Position numbers and translations under genes: made by a program. Shown in pieces: positions 27,022-37,675 of a stretch of DNA of 64,000 nt. The notes beneath the pieces are model-generated. The model was not told the origin of the DNA, did not search any database, and saw nothing but the letters and a program-made list of their open reading frames with translations. The stretch's first letter is position 1. The number at the start of each line of letters is the position of its first letter. This DNA comes from an uncultured Actinomycetes bacterium (GTDB taxonomy: Bacteria > Actinomycetota > Acidimicrobiia > Acidimicrobiales > RAAP-2): contig CAIJYV010000030.1 in the NCBI GenBank assembly GCA_903825035.1, positions 8,599-72,598 of the forward strand, in the 5' to 3' direction.

Positions 27022-27756
27022 ATGGCTACTAACAAAAAGCATTCGCTCACCGGCTTCTACTGGTTATGGTTCGCCCTGACAGTGGTCGGAGTGATTATTT
27101 CAATTTGGGCCCCGGCCTACTTGATGCCTCAGTCAATGTCGTCAAACATGAATCTGACGATCTTGACGATGGTGGTGTTCTCGGTCGCCGCAGCCCCAGT
27201 AGCTGCCGGTGTGTACGCCGCGACTGCCTACCTGTTGCGGCACAACATCTACCGAGGCAACTCGGTGCCACCAGCCGCTGAAGTTCAGACTCGTGAAAAT
27301 GCTCGTCTGACTATTGGCTGGGTATTGGCATCGACTCTTCTCACCGTTTTCCTGCTGATCTGGGGCCTTGGCGCTCTGACGGTGGACAACGGTGGTAACG
27401 AGTCAAACCCCTTGGTCGTGAACGTAACTGGTCAGCAGTGGCTCTGGAGCTTCTCTTACGCCGGAACTCACGTTGAGTCGAACACCTTGGTGCTTCCCCT
27501 CGATCGTGAAGTGGTCTTCCACATCACCTCTAAGGACGTAACCCACGGCTTCTGGATTGCTCAGATGGGTATCCAGGTTGACGCCAACGCCGGCGCGATC
27601 ACCGAACTACACACCACGCCGAACAAACTCGGCACCTTTGACATTCGTTGTACTCAGTTCTGCGGCCTGAACCACGCGTTCATGGTCACCCAGGGCCAAG
27701 TCATGACGACTCAAGGCTTTGACAACTGGCTCGCGGCTCAACCGCAGCGGGCGTAG
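27022..27756 (+). CDS. ctaC: Cytochrome c oxidase subunit II
   Basis: 244 aa. Two N-terminal TM helices and a complete CuA site FDIRCTQFCGLNHAFM. No cytochrome c domain. Confidence 0.9.
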   Translation: MATNKKHSLTGFYWLWFALTVVGVIISIWAPAYLMPQSMSSNMNLTILTMVVFSVAAAPVAAGVYAATAYLLRHNIYRGNSVPPAAEVQTRENARLTIGWVLASTLLTVFLLIWGLGALTVDNGGNESNPLVVNVTGQQWLWSFSYAGTHVESNTLVLPLDREVVFHITSKDVTHGFWIAQMGIQVDANAGAITELHTTPNKLGTFDIRCTQFCGLNHAFMVTQGQVMTTQGFDNWLAAQPQRA

Positions 27757-27764
27757 GAGGAATT

Positions 27765-29612
27765 ATGACTACAACTTTGCAACATGCTCCTACTAAGGCA
27801 GGCGGCGGCTTAGCCCGTCGACAGAACTTCCTCACCGCACTAATCAGCGGTGTGGTCTTCGCCTGGCTGGCCTGGTACATCGGCCGCCACACCTTGGACA
27901 CCACCACTCGCTCCTTCTCTGACCAGGTCGCTGTTTTGACTGCTTGCGGTTGGACGGTTGGTTTTTGGTTCGGAATTGGTGCGCTAAACGGTCCCGGTCG
28001 TTGGCTAACTGGCCGTGACCACACTCGCGCTGACGACTTGTACTACGCCGGTGAGAACCAGGGTCGTGCTCGTTACTGGAAGTACTGCACCGACCACAAG
28101 GTCGTGGGTGTTCAGTACATCATCATGACCATGGTGCTCTTGGGTACCGGTGGAATCTTGGCGATGGCAATCCGCACTCAGCTCTTGACCCCAGGCAACC
28201 ACTTTGTCGACCAGCAGGTTTACAACGGTTTCATTGCGGTTCACGGAATGTTGATGATCCTCGCGCTCATCGTCGCCGTAGCAGGACCTTGGGCAAACTT
28301 CGTAGTGCCAATCATGATTGGTGCTCACGACATGGCCTTCCCACGTCTTAATGCGTTGAGCCTCTGGACTTTGGTCGCAGCAGCTGGATTGCTTTTGACC
28401 ACTTTGGCGGTTGGCTCCTTGCCAGTGGGCTGGGTTGTGTTGGCTCCAATATCCAACCAGGCCGGTGTCGGAATGGACTTCTTCGCTATGGCGATCATTG
28501 TCTTTACTGTCTCGACCACGGTGGCTGGTATTAACACCATCGCCACTGTTATGACCTTGCGTACGAAGGGCATGACGCTGAGTCGTTTGCCAATCTTCGT
28601 TTGGGGCTCAGTCATCGCCGCTGCACTCGGTCTGTACGCCTTCCCTTACTTCTTGACTGTCGAGGCGATTCAAATCCTCGACCGTACCGTCTCTACGAGC
28701 TTCTTCGTAGCGACCGGTGGTGGAGCGGGCTGGCTTCAGGCCAACTTGTTCTGGCTCATGGGTCACCCAGAGGTATACGTAATCTTGATCCCCGCCGTTG
28801 CTGCGCTCTTTGAAATCGCAGCAGTCATGTCACGTAAGCCAGTCTTTAGCTATCGCACCGCTATTGCTGGTATGACCGGTCTTGCGGGCTTGTCGATCTT
28901 GGTTTGGGCTCACCACATGTTCACCACTGGTTGGGCTCCAACCTTGGGTGGTCCGTTTATGTTGACCACTGAGTTGATTTCGATCCCGACCGGACTGTTC
29001 TTCCTTGTATTGCTTGGCACTCTGTGGCGAGGCAACATTTGGATGAAGTTGCCAACCTTGTGGCTCTTCGGATTCGTCTTTAACTTCATCATCGCCGGTA
29101 TTACTGGTATCTACCTCTCGGACATTCCGATTGACAACCAGTTGCACGGCACGATGTTCGTAACGGCTCACTTCCACTACGTCTTTGTGGGATCGGTCTT
29201 GTTCGGCGCTATTGCAGCTCTGGCCTTTTGGTTCCCGAAGGTTTCTGGTCGTTACCTGGATGAGACTCAAGGAAAGATTTCCTTCTGGCTTGTCTTCATT
29301 GGTGTCCAAGTGACCTTCCTCGCGATGTTCACTTCAGGTCTTCGTGGAATGCCACGTCGTTACTCGAGTTACTCAATGATTTTCGAACACACCAACTTTG
29401 TGACCACGATGGGTGCCTACATGATCATGGCGGGAATGCTCGTCTTGCTCGGTGCGGTAATCAGCTCGTGGCGCAAGGGAGAGCCTTCGGGCCCGAACCC
29501 CTGGCAGGCCAACTCCCTCGAATGGCTGGTTCCAACACCGCCACCACTCGAGAACTTCGATGTACTGCCCACAATCAAGGAAGACCCTTACAACTTTGGA
29601 GGTAAGCGCTAA
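27765..29612 (+). CDS. ctaD: Cytochrome c oxidase subunit I, with an N-terminal extension of about 75 aa
   Basis: 615 aa. Canonical heme-copper core from CTDHKVVGVQY onward (HH pair motifs present). Two extra hydrophobic segments precede the core. Confidence 0.95.
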   Translation: MTTTLQHAPTKAGGGLARRQNFLTALISGVVFAWLAWYIGRHTLDTTTRSFSDQVAVLTACGWTVGFWFGIGALNGPGRWLTGRDHTRADDLYYAGENQGRARYWKYCTDHKVVGVQYIIMTMVLLGTGGILAMAIRTQLLTPGNHFVDQQVYNGFIAVHGMLMILALIVAVAGPWANFVVPIMIGAHDMAFPRLNALSLWTLVAAAGLLLTTLAVGSLPVGWVVLAPISNQAGVGMDFFAMAIIVFTVSTTVAGINTIATVMTLRTKGMTLSRLPIFVWGSVIAAALGLYAFPYFLTVEAIQILDRTVSTSFFVATGGGAGWLQANLFWLMGHPEVYVILIPAVAALFEIAAVMSRKPVFSYRTAIAGMTGLAGLSILVWAHHMFTTGWAPTLGGPFMLTTELISIPTGLFFLVLLGTLWRGNIWMKLPTLWLFGFVFNFIIAGITGIYLSDIPIDNQLHGTMFVTAHFHYVFVGSVLFGAIAALAFWFPKVSGRYLDETQGKISFWLVFIGVQVTFLAMFTSGLRGMPRRYSSYSMIFEHTNFVTTMGAYMIMAGMLVLLGAVISSWRKGEPSGPNPWQANSLEWLVPTPPPLENFDVLPTIKEDPYNFGGKR

Positions 29613-30346
29613 TGGCAACCAACACTTTGACGGCCCAGCACGAAGAGCACCACGACGGCGGACACCATGAGCCTCCGGCCAAGGTGTACGGCCGCCAGAA
29701 GATGGCCATGTGGCTGTTCATCGGTGGTGACATCATCACGATGAGCGCCATGCTCTTCACCTACCTCTACTTGCGTGGACTCAACACCCAGAACCACTGG
29801 ATGTCGATGGTGGGACTACCCGTAGACAAGGTTCACACCTACAGCTACTACGAAAACCTGTCGGACATTCCGACTCAGCACCTGATTCACGTTGCTCCAA
29901 TGTCGCCGAGTTTTAACTGGCTCGTGACTGGCGTCGTAGTGGTATCGGCTCTGATCTTCTGGGCCGCTGAGCGTAATCTGCGCAAGACTAAGAACCGTGC
30001 AGCATTTACCTGGAGTGCCGTATTGGCAACTCTGATTATTGTTGTTGCAGCGGTATTGTCGATTGTTCAGCTTCGTCACTTGCCTCAGATTTTCGTGGCA
30101 AAGAATGACTCGCACACATTGTCCTACACCGCTTACTCATCATCCATGATGGTAATTATCGGCTCGGCGTTGGTTCACTTCATCCTCTTGGCCTACTTGG
30201 GTCTCGCGATGGTGATTCGCTCCGCCCGAGGTGTCTTGACGGGTGAGAAGTGGCACCACGCCGGACTGGTTCGCCTGTTCTGGGTCTGGGTTGCTGTTTC
30301 GGGAGTTATCGTGAGCGCAATTACCACTACGGTAAACGTCCACTAA
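29612..30346 (+). CDS. ctaE: Cytochrome c oxidase subunit III
   Basis: 244 aa. His-rich N-terminus, MAMWLFIGGDIITMSAMLFTYLYLR and further TM helices typical of subunit III. The start overlaps the ctaD stop. Confidence 0.8.
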   Translation: MATNTLTAQHEEHHDGGHHEPPAKVYGRQKMAMWLFIGGDIITMSAMLFTYLYLRGLNTQNHWMSMVGLPVDKVHTYSYYENLSDIPTQHLIHVAPMSPSFNWLVTGVVVVSALIFWAAERNLRKTKNRAAFTWSAVLATLIIVVAAVLSIVQLRHLPQIFVAKNDSHTLSYTAYSSSMMVIIGSALVHFILLAYLGLAMVIRSARGVLTGEKWHHAGLVRLFWVWVAVSGVIVSAITTTVNVH

Positions 30347-30361
30347 GGTTTTATCAACAGC

Positions 30362-30393
30362 TCCTTGCGGGTGTCGATAGACACCCGCAAGGA
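30362..30393 (+). terminator. Perfect 14-bp stem / 4-nt loop hairpin after ctaE (no U-tract)
   Basis: TCCTTGCGGGTGTC-GATA-GACACCCGCAAGGA read directly, 16 nt after the ctaE stop. GC-rich stem followed by AATTGTCG, not a T-run. Confidence 0.5.
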
Positions 30394-30408
30394 ATTGTCG
30401 TGAAGTAG

Positions 30409-30433
30409 GTCCTGTGAGGCCTATACGACAGGA
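30409..30433 (+). promoter_or_regulatory. Candidate PyrR-binding stem-loop overlapping the pyrR Shine-Dalgarno
   Basis: Stem TCCTGT (30410-15) / ACAGGA (30428-33). GUCCUGUGAGGCCU matches about 10 of 13 positions of the PyrR box RUCCAGAGAGGYU as I recall it. The 3' arm overlaps the SD AGGAGAG, 5 nt before the ATG at 30439. Confidence 0.4.
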
Positions 30434-30438
30434 GAGTA

Positions 30439-31008
30439 ATGAATCAGAATCAGCTACGCCAGGACCACACAAGTGGCCTGGCGTTTTTTGCTAGAAACGA
30501 ACTCTTGAGTGGCCAAGATGTTGAACGTGCGTTGAAACGTATGGCGCACGAGATCATCGAGAAAAACGGAACCCTCGAAGACCTCGTTCTAGTCGCCCTG
30601 CAGCGCGGGGGAGCAATGTTTGGTATACGCCTCCAAGAGCTCCTGAGCGAAATTGCCGGCCTAGGTGTTCCGTTGGGCTTGTTGGATGTCTCCTTTTACC
30701 GAGATGATTTGGAGCAGCGACCCGTTCCAACCTCCGCGGAAACCACAATTCCCACCTCCTTGGAAGACAAAACTGTAATTCTGGTTGACGATGTGCTGTT
30801 TACTGGGCGAACAATACGCGCTGCCCTCAATGCGCTGTCGGATTGGGGCCGACCCCGAGTGGTCCAATTGGCAGTGATGGTTGATCGAGGACACCGCGAA
30901 CTGCCAATTCGCCCCGATTTCATCGGTAAGAATTTGCCAACCTCAAGAGATGAGGCGATCTCTGCGAACCTCGACGGTGTCTGGATTGGCACGATGGTGG
31001 CGCAATGA
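30439..31008 (+). CDS. pyrR: Bifunctional pyrimidine operon regulator / uracil phosphoribosyltransferase PyrR
   Basis: 189 aa. PRTase motif VILVDDVLFTGRTIRAAL. First gene of the pyr operon. Confidence 0.92.
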   Translation: MNQNQLRQDHTSGLAFFARNELLSGQDVERALKRMAHEIIEKNGTLEDLVLVALQRGGAMFGIRLQELLSEIAGLGVPLGLLDVSFYRDDLEQRPVPTSAETTIPTSLEDKTVILVDDVLFTGRTIRAALNALSDWGRPRVVQLAVMVDRGHRELPIRPDFIGKNLPTSRDEAISANLDGVWIGTMVAQ

Positions 31009-31985
31009 TCGATTCCATTCGGGGCAAAAACTTATTGTCCTTGGTCGAATTGACCAATGAGGCGATCGTCGAAGTCCTAGATGTCGCGGAGTCATTTGTT
31101 GAAGTCAATCAACGGTCAATCAAAAAGGTGCCAGCACTAAAGGGGCGCGTTGTGGCGTCACTATTTTTTGAAGAGTCCACCAGGACACGCCTCTCTTTTG
31201 AGACTGCCGCTAAGCGCCTCAGCGCCGATGTGCTGTCACTCGCCATTGCCTCGTCGAGTGTAAAAAAGGGCGAGAGTCTTCGAGACACGATTGCGACTGT
31301 CGATGCTCTTGGTATTGACGCAGTCATTCTTCGCCACGCCTCAAGTGGTGCGGCCGAGCAGGTGAGTCGTTACGTGCCTCACGTTCGAGTTATCAACGCT
31401 GGAGATGGTCAGCACCAGCACCCAACCCAGGGGCTCTTGGACGCCTTTACGATCCGGCAGGTCTTGGCCGGACGGCGCGGACTAAACCCAATTGAGTCAG
31501 GCTCGAGCTTATTTGAGGGTCTCAAGATTTTGATTGTTGGGGACATTCGACACTCGCGCGTGGCTCGAAGCGATATCGCGGCGTACACCAAACTTGGAGC
31601 AGAGGTAATGGTTGCGGGACCGCCGACCCTAGTTCCAAAAAGCGTTACTCAGTGGGGGGTGACCTGTGCGGAGAATTTCGAAGAGGCGCTTCGCTGGGCG
31701 GATGTGGTGGGACTGCTTCGGTTGCAACGAGAACGAGGAACCGGGTCGTTTGTGCCTTCTCTGAGTGAGTACACCGCCACCTTTGGTCTCACCGAAGAGC
31801 GTGTGAAATTGCTCAAACCGGATGCCCTGGTGATGCACCCGGGGCCCATGAACCGTGGTGTCGAGATCGACTCCAAGGTGGCCGATGGACCGCACGCGAT
31901 TATCGAACGGCAGGTCTCGAACGGAGTTCCTGTGCGTATGGCTGCGCTGTATCTGACTATGGCTGGCCTTGGAGGTTCAAAATGA
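31005..31985 (+). CDS. pyrB: Aspartate carbamoyltransferase catalytic subunit
   Basis: 326 aa. ESTRTR, HPTQ and HPGP motifs. Confidence 0.95.
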   Translation: MIDSIRGKNLLSLVELTNEAIVEVLDVAESFVEVNQRSIKKVPALKGRVVASLFFEESTRTRLSFETAAKRLSADVLSLAIASSSVKKGESLRDTIATVDALGIDAVILRHASSGAAEQVSRYVPHVRVINAGDGQHQHPTQGLLDAFTIRQVLAGRRGLNPIESGSSLFEGLKILIVGDIRHSRVARSDIAAYTKLGAEVMVAGPPTLVPKSVTQWGVTCAENFEEALRWADVVGLLRLQRERGTGSFVPSLSEYTATFGLTEERVKLLKPDALVMHPGPMNRGVEIDSKVADGPHAIIERQVSNGVPVRMAALYLTMAGLGGSK

Positions 31986-33295
31986 CGAAAATCTTGATAA
32001 CCGATGGCACCTTGGTGACCAACCAGGGCCTTCAAAGTGGTGATGTGCGAATTCGAGATGGCGTCATCACCGAGGTCGGGACGGCTCTGACGCGAGAGGG
32101 TGACGAACTGGTTGTCGACGCATCAGGTCAGTGGGTGGGTCCAGGATTCGTGGACCTGCACACGCACCTCCGCGAACCAGGGGGAGAGGCGGCTGAAACG
32201 ATTGCTTCGGGCGCTCGAGCAGGCATCGCCGGTGGCTACACCGCACTGGTCGCCATGCCAAATACCGAGCCCGCACTGGACACCGTAGCGCTTGTCTCAT
32301 TTGTGCTGGCCGAAGGAGGCCGTTCACCAATCACGGTGGCGGTGGCGGGGGCAATCACGCAATCACGCGCTGGAGAACAGTTGGCGCCAATGGCGGAAAT
32401 GGCGGCCTTAGGCGTCAGAATCTTCACTGATGACGGTGCCGGAGTGCAAAGTGCTGGCGTGATGCGACGCGCACTCTCGTATTCGAAGCCGCTCGGAGTT
32501 CGACTTGCGCAACACTGCGAAGACGCGACTCTGTCGGGCAGCGGGGTAATGAATGAGGGGCCGTTGGCTGAAAAACTTGGCCTAGCGGGTCGTTCGGAAC
32601 TTGCCGAGGAAATCATGGTCCAGCGCGACATTGACCTCGTTCGCGCCACCGGCGCTTCGGTTCACTTTTTGCACCTGTCCACGAAACGAGCAATCGACTT
32701 GGTAGTGGCCGCCAAAATCGAAGGACTCGACGTAACTTGTGAGGTCACTCCTCATCACTTGACCCTGGACGAATCTTTCTGTAGTGACTACGACCCTACG
32801 TTCAAGGTCCATCCGCCACTTCGTAGCGCTCATGATGTGCTTGCGTTGCGCGAGGCACTTAGAAAGGGGTTAATCGACGCGGTGGCTACGGACCACGCGC
32901 CACACACGCCCGAATCCAAGGACCGCGCCTTTGACGAAGCACCCGCGGGTATGTTGGGCTTGGAAACGGCCGCCTCGCTCACCTACGAAGCTCTCGGCCA
33001 GGATAAGTGCGACCCCGAACTCTTTTACACCGTTCTGAGTCGAGGTCCGGCACGTGTTGCGCAACTTCGCCATATCGATCGTCCAATTGGCTTAAGCCCC
33101 CAAGGAGGTGCGCTCTCAGTTGGTGAGGCTGCGAACATTACGGTTTTCGACCCACGGGTATCGTGGGAAGCGAATGCGAATACTCTCCAGAGTCGAGCGT
33201 CGAATACGCCGTATCACGGACGTGCAATGTTTGGACGAGTTAGTTCGGTTATTTCAAAGGGAATTCTGGTCCTCCAAGAAGGGAAATTACAATGA
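31982..33295 (+). CDS. pyrC: Dihydroorotase
   Basis: 437 aa amidohydrolase (DLHTHLREPG, ATDHAPH). Confidence 0.93.
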   Translation: MTKILITDGTLVTNQGLQSGDVRIRDGVITEVGTALTREGDELVVDASGQWVGPGFVDLHTHLREPGGEAAETIASGARAGIAGGYTALVAMPNTEPALDTVALVSFVLAEGGRSPITVAVAGAITQSRAGEQLAPMAEMAALGVRIFTDDGAGVQSAGVMRRALSYSKPLGVRLAQHCEDATLSGSGVMNEGPLAEKLGLAGRSELAEEIMVQRDIDLVRATGASVHFLHLSTKRAIDLVVAAKIEGLDVTCEVTPHHLTLDESFCSDYDPTFKVHPPLRSAHDVLALREALRKGLIDAVATDHAPHTPESKDRAFDEAPAGMLGLETAASLTYEALGQDKCDPELFYTVLSRGPARVAQLRHIDRPIGLSPQGGALSVGEAANITVFDPRVSWEANANTLQSRASNTPYHGRAMFGRVSSVISKGILVLQEGKLQ

Positions 33296-34383
33296 AGAGG
33301 CCAGACGCAGCAATTGTCTTGAACGACGGATCTGTTTTTGAAGGTTACGCGGTGGGCTTTTTGCCCGATGAAGGTGTCACGACTGGTGAATTTGTCTTTA
33401 ATACTGCGCTAAGTGGGTATCAAGAGGTCCTCACTGATCCGAGCTATGCGGGTCAGATAATCTCATTCACCTACCCCCACATTGGGAACTACGGAATCAC
33501 TCCATTGGACGACGAAGCAGTCCGCCCTTGGGCCAAGGGCATCGTGATGCGAGAGTTGTCTGACCTGCCCTCTAATTGGCGCTCAGCCGGACCGCTGGAA
33601 GGTTTCTTGATTCAGCATCGCATTCCCGCTATCGCGGGTATTGATACTCGTCGTCTCACTCGCCATCTCCGCTCGGCCGGTGCATTGCCGGGCGCCTTTG
33701 GACATGGTTCGCTCGACACCTTGCGCGAGGCTGCCAAGGTGGCCAAGGGAACGGACCAGATGGATTATGTCAGCCTCGTCTCAACCCGCGAAGCATACGA
33801 TCGCGGGACTGCCGGTCCTCGAATTGTGGCTATCGATTATGGAATTAAGACGACCATGGTTCGCCAACTAGCAGATCGTTTTCGAGTGACTGTGGTGCCC
33901 GCCCACACCAGCGCCGATGAAATTCTGTCGCTCAAGCCTGACGGCCTCTTCTTGTCCAACGGACCCGGTGACCCTGCGGCGCTCGCGCCCCAAGTCGAAA
34001 CCATCGCCTCACTCGTCGAAAAATTACCAATCTTTGGTATCTGCCTGGGACACCAACTCTTGGCGACCGCCCTTGGTGGCCACACCTACAAGCTCCCATT
34101 CGGTCACCACGGGAGCAACCATCCCGTGAAGGACCTGGAAACGGGACGGATTGAAATAACGGCTCAGAATCACAACTACGCGGTCTCGAGCGATGGACTC
34201 AAGGCCGCGCACGTGAGCCACGTCAACTTGAATGATGGAGTAGTCGAAGGCATAAGCGCCCCATCTCTCAGAGCCTTCTCGGTTCAGTATCACCCTGAAG
34301 CCGGTCCTGGACCGCATGATGCTCGCTACCTATTCGACCGATTCGATCACCTGCTCGAAACCGGCACATTGGAGGCCCGCTAA
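33292..34383 (+). CDS. carA: Carbamoyl-phosphate synthase small (glutaminase) subunit
   Basis: 363 aa. GATase triad region GICLGHQ and HHGSNHPV. Confidence 0.95.
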   Translation: MKRPDAAIVLNDGSVFEGYAVGFLPDEGVTTGEFVFNTALSGYQEVLTDPSYAGQIISFTYPHIGNYGITPLDDEAVRPWAKGIVMRELSDLPSNWRSAGPLEGFLIQHRIPAIAGIDTRRLTRHLRSAGALPGAFGHGSLDTLREAAKVAKGTDQMDYVSLVSTREAYDRGTAGPRIVAIDYGIKTTMVRQLADRFRVTVVPAHTSADEILSLKPDGLFLSNGPGDPAALAPQVETIASLVEKLPIFGICLGHQLLATALGGHTYKLPFGHHGSNHPVKDLETGRIEITAQNHNYAVSSDGLKAAHVSHVNLNDGVVEGISAPSLRAFSVQYHPEAGPGPHDARYLFDRFDHLLETGTLEAR

Positions 34384-37300
34384 TGCCACGTCGTAATGAC
34401 ATTAAGTCGATTCTGGTCATAGGGTCCGGCCCAATTGTGATTGGGCAAGCCTGCGAATTCGACTATTCGGGTACCCAAGCGTGCCAGGTCCTTCGCGAGG
34501 AGGGTTACAAGGTCATTCTGGTTAACTCCAACCCCGCCACGATCATGACTGACCCTGGGACTGCGGACGTGACTTATGTTGAGCCACTCGACGTAGAGGT
34601 ACTGATACATATCCTCGAAAAAGAGAAGCCCGACGCGGTATTACCAACACTTGGAGGGCAGACGGCTCTAAACCTCACTATGTCGCTCGTGGCCGATGGG
34701 ATCTTTGATCGCTTGGGCATTGAAGTAATTGGTGCTCGGCCTGAAGCCATTTCAACGGCCGAGGATCGAGAGCTGTTTAAGAAGGCGATGGCCGACATTG
34801 GTTTGGCGGTACCTGAGTCCGATTTTGCAAAATCCGTTGACGAAGCACTAGCAATCGCCGAAAAAATTGGCTGGCCAATTATTATTCGGCCCAGCTTTAT
34901 CCTCGGGGGTGCGGGAACGGGGATTGCGGACAACGCGGCTGACTTTAAACGGCTAGCCGTAGAAGGAATCGCTGCATCTCCAATTGGAGAAATCCTGGTC
35001 GAACAATCAATTGCTGGCTGGAAAGAGTATGAGCTCGAGGTCATGCGCGACCACGCGGATAACTGCGTAGTTGTCTGCAGCATCGAGAACTTTGACCCAA
35101 TGGGTGTACACACCGGTGATTCGATAACGGTGGCTCCGGCCCAAACCCTGTCGGACGTGGAATACCAGGCAATGCGTGACGACGCCTTTGCCGTACTTCG
35201 ACGGGTTGGTGTAGAGACAGGTGGTTCCAACGTTCAATTTGCAGTCAATCCGATAAACGGTGAGCGTCTCGTAATTGAGATGAATCCTAGAGTTTCACGT
35301 TCTTCGGCGCTGGCTTCGAAGGCGACTGGATTCCCGATCGCCAAGATTGCTGCGCGCCTGGCAGTGGGATATTCACTTGACGAGATACAAAATGACATCA
35401 CCAAACTCACCCCGGCAAGCTTTGAACCGGTAATTGACTATGTGGTCACCAAGATCCCTCGGTGGGCCTTCGAGAAGCTTCCGGGTGCTAAGCCAATCCT
35501 GGGAACCAGAATGCAGTCGGTCGGTGAGGTCATGGCTATTGGCAGAAATTTCGCCGAATCACTGCAAAAGGCCATCCGCTCATTAGAACAGGGCCGACTC
35601 GGCTTTGCCCTGTCGGGGCGAGAGGAGTTCGCCGAACTTTCGCTCGAAGAGCTGTGGGAGAGGTGCGTGGTGGCAACCCCAGAACGTATGTATGCACTGC
35701 ACGCAATTCTTTGGCGTGACGCGACTATCGAAGAGATAAACAAACGAACCGGAATTGATCTTTGGTTCTTGTGGCAGCTCCAGGAAATTGTCATTCGAGA
35801 GCGCGAATTGGAAGAGAAAGACCCAACCCAGTTTGGCAAACGTGAATGGCTACGGTACAAGCAGTGGGGTTTCAGTGATGAACAAATCGCCAGCCTCACC
35901 CATACTGAGACCTCGGCGGTTAAGAGCCTTCGAGAGGGGCAGGGGGTCAAAGTAACCTTCAAGACTGTTGATACCTGCGCCGCTGAATTTGAGGCCACAA
36001 CTCCCTATCACTACGGAACATACGAAGATGAATCCGAAGTCCGCCCCTCATCGAAAGATCGTGTGATCATTCTTGGTTCGGGCCCCAACCGAATAGGTCA
36101 GGGCATTGAATTCGACTACTGCTGCGTACACGCCGCCATGGCAATTCGAGCTATGGGGTATGAGGCCATTATGGTCAATTGCAACCCAGAAACCGTCTCC
36201 ACGGACTACTCGACCTCTGACCGGCTCTACTTTGAGCCCTTGACACCCAGTGATTTGGCTGAAGTGATTGCCGCTGAACAGGCTGCGTGCAGAGACGGGG
36301 CGAGAGTGGTCGGTTTGATTGTCTCACTAGGCGGACAAACCCCGTTAAAGCTGTCACACTCGGTCGACGCCTCGTTAATTCTTGGAACTCCAGTCGCTTC
36401 GATTGACTTAGCGGAAGACCGAGAACAGTGGTCGGCTCTGTGTACGCAGTTGGGCTTAGCGCAACCTCCGGGGTCGGTTGTTTGGAACTTGGCCGAGGCA
36501 ATGGAAGTAGTGTCTCAGATCGGGTATCCAGTCCTAGTTCGCCCCAGTTATGTCTTGGGCGGTCGAGCAATGGAGATTGTCTACGACGACAGTTCACTAG
36601 AGCGGGTCATGAATAACTTGACCGACGCCCACGGAGCCCTCGCACGAGAAGGGGGCGTTGCTCAAAGTCGCCCAATTCTGATTGATTCATTCTTAGAGTC
36701 GGCGGTAGAGGTTGATGTGGATGCATTGCGCGACTCACTCGGAGAGGTGTACATCGCAGGCGTGATGGAACACGTGGAAGAAGCGGGAGTCCACTCTGGT
36801 GACTCCGCCTGCGCACTTCCCGCACAAAATCTGTCCGTGCCCGTTGTGGCAGCACTGAGGGAGGCAACTCGCAAGATTGCGGCTGGACTGCAGGTGGTTG
36901 GACTAATTAACGTTCAATTCGCCGTTCGAGACGAGGAAATCTTCGTACTCGAGGCCAACCCGAGAGCTTCGCGTACGGTTCCCTTTGTGGCCAAAGCCAC
37001 TGGTGTTTCCTTGGCGCAAGCAGCAACTCGAGTGATGCTGGGTGAATCACTTTCTGATTTGCGACACGGAGGTATCTTGCCCGAGGACACTCCCATACCG
37101 CCGTACGTAAGCGTTAAGGAGGCGGTCCTGCCCTTCAACCGATTCCCAACGGTCGACACGGTTCTGGGGCCAGAGATGCGTTCCACCGGAGAGGTAATGG
37201 GAATTGGAGAGAGTTTCGGAATCGCCTTCGCGAAGGCCCAACTCGCTGCAGGAACCGGACTTCCGAAGTCGGGAAGGGTGTTCTTATCGCTCTCCGATCG

Positions 37301-37673
37301 TGACAAGTCTGCTGGACTCGAAGTTGCACGGTCGCTTCTTGAGCTGGGATTTGAGCTCGTTGCGACGACTGGAACTGCCGAGTTTTTACAGAAACATGAT
37401 TTACAGGTCTCGCGGGTTGTGAAGAAGTACGGCGCCATAGAACCCGGTGACAGTGCGGTAGAGCTTATTTCCGATGGTTACATTCAATTGGTCATAAATA
37501 CCCCGTCAGGCTCCAACGCTTACGCCGATGGAGCCGCAATTCGCCGTGCGAGCACGGTGCACGGAGTGCCCTGTCTAACGACTGTGGCGGCGGCTCAAGC
37601 CGCGGTCTTGGGCATTGGTGAGACCAAGGCGCACGGTTGGCGTGTGGCCAGCTTGCAGGAACTGCACGGTTAA
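34383..37673 (+). CDS. carB: Carbamoyl-phosphate synthase large subunit
   Basis: 1096 aa. Duplicated ATP-grasp halves and an MGS-like C-terminal domain. Confidence 0.97.
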   Translation: MPRRNDIKSILVIGSGPIVIGQACEFDYSGTQACQVLREEGYKVILVNSNPATIMTDPGTADVTYVEPLDVEVLIHILEKEKPDAVLPTLGGQTALNLTMSLVADGIFDRLGIEVIGARPEAISTAEDRELFKKAMADIGLAVPESDFAKSVDEALAIAEKIGWPIIIRPSFILGGAGTGIADNAADFKRLAVEGIAASPIGEILVEQSIAGWKEYELEVMRDHADNCVVVCSIENFDPMGVHTGDSITVAPAQTLSDVEYQAMRDDAFAVLRRVGVETGGSNVQFAVNPINGERLVIEMNPRVSRSSALASKATGFPIAKIAARLAVGYSLDEIQNDITKLTPASFEPVIDYVVTKIPRWAFEKLPGAKPILGTRMQSVGEVMAIGRNFAESLQKAIRSLEQGRLGFALSGREEFAELSLEELWERCVVATPERMYALHAILWRDATIEEINKRTGIDLWFLWQLQEIVIRERELEEKDPTQFGKREWLRYKQWGFSDEQIASLTHTETSAVKSLREGQGVKVTFKTVDTCAAEFEATTPYHYGTYEDESEVRPSSKDRVIILGSGPNRIGQGIEFDYCCVHAAMAIRAMGYEAIMVNCNPETVSTDYSTSDRLYFEPLTPSDLAEVIAAEQAACRDGARVVGLIVSLGGQTPLKLSHSVDASLILGTPVASIDLAEDREQWSALCTQLGLAQPPGSVVWNLAEAMEVVSQIGYPVLVRPSYVLGGRAMEIVYDDSSLERVMNNLTDAHGALAREGGVAQSRPILIDSFLESAVEVDVDALRDSLGEVYIAGVMEHVEEAGVHSGDSACALPAQNLSVPVVAALREATRKIAAGLQVVGLINVQFAVRDEEIFVLEANPRASRTVPFVAKATGVSLAQAATRVMLGESLSDLRHGGILPEDTPIPPYVSVKEAVLPFNRFPTVDTVLGPEMRSTGEVMGIGESFGIAFAKAQLAAGTGLPKSGRVFLSLSDRDKSAGLEVARSLLELGFELVATTGTAEFLQKHDLQVSRVVKKYGAIEPGDSAVELISDGYIQLVINTPSGSNAYADGAAIRRASTVHGVPCLTTVAAAQAAVLGIGETKAHGWRVASLQELHG

Positions 37674-37675
37674 CA

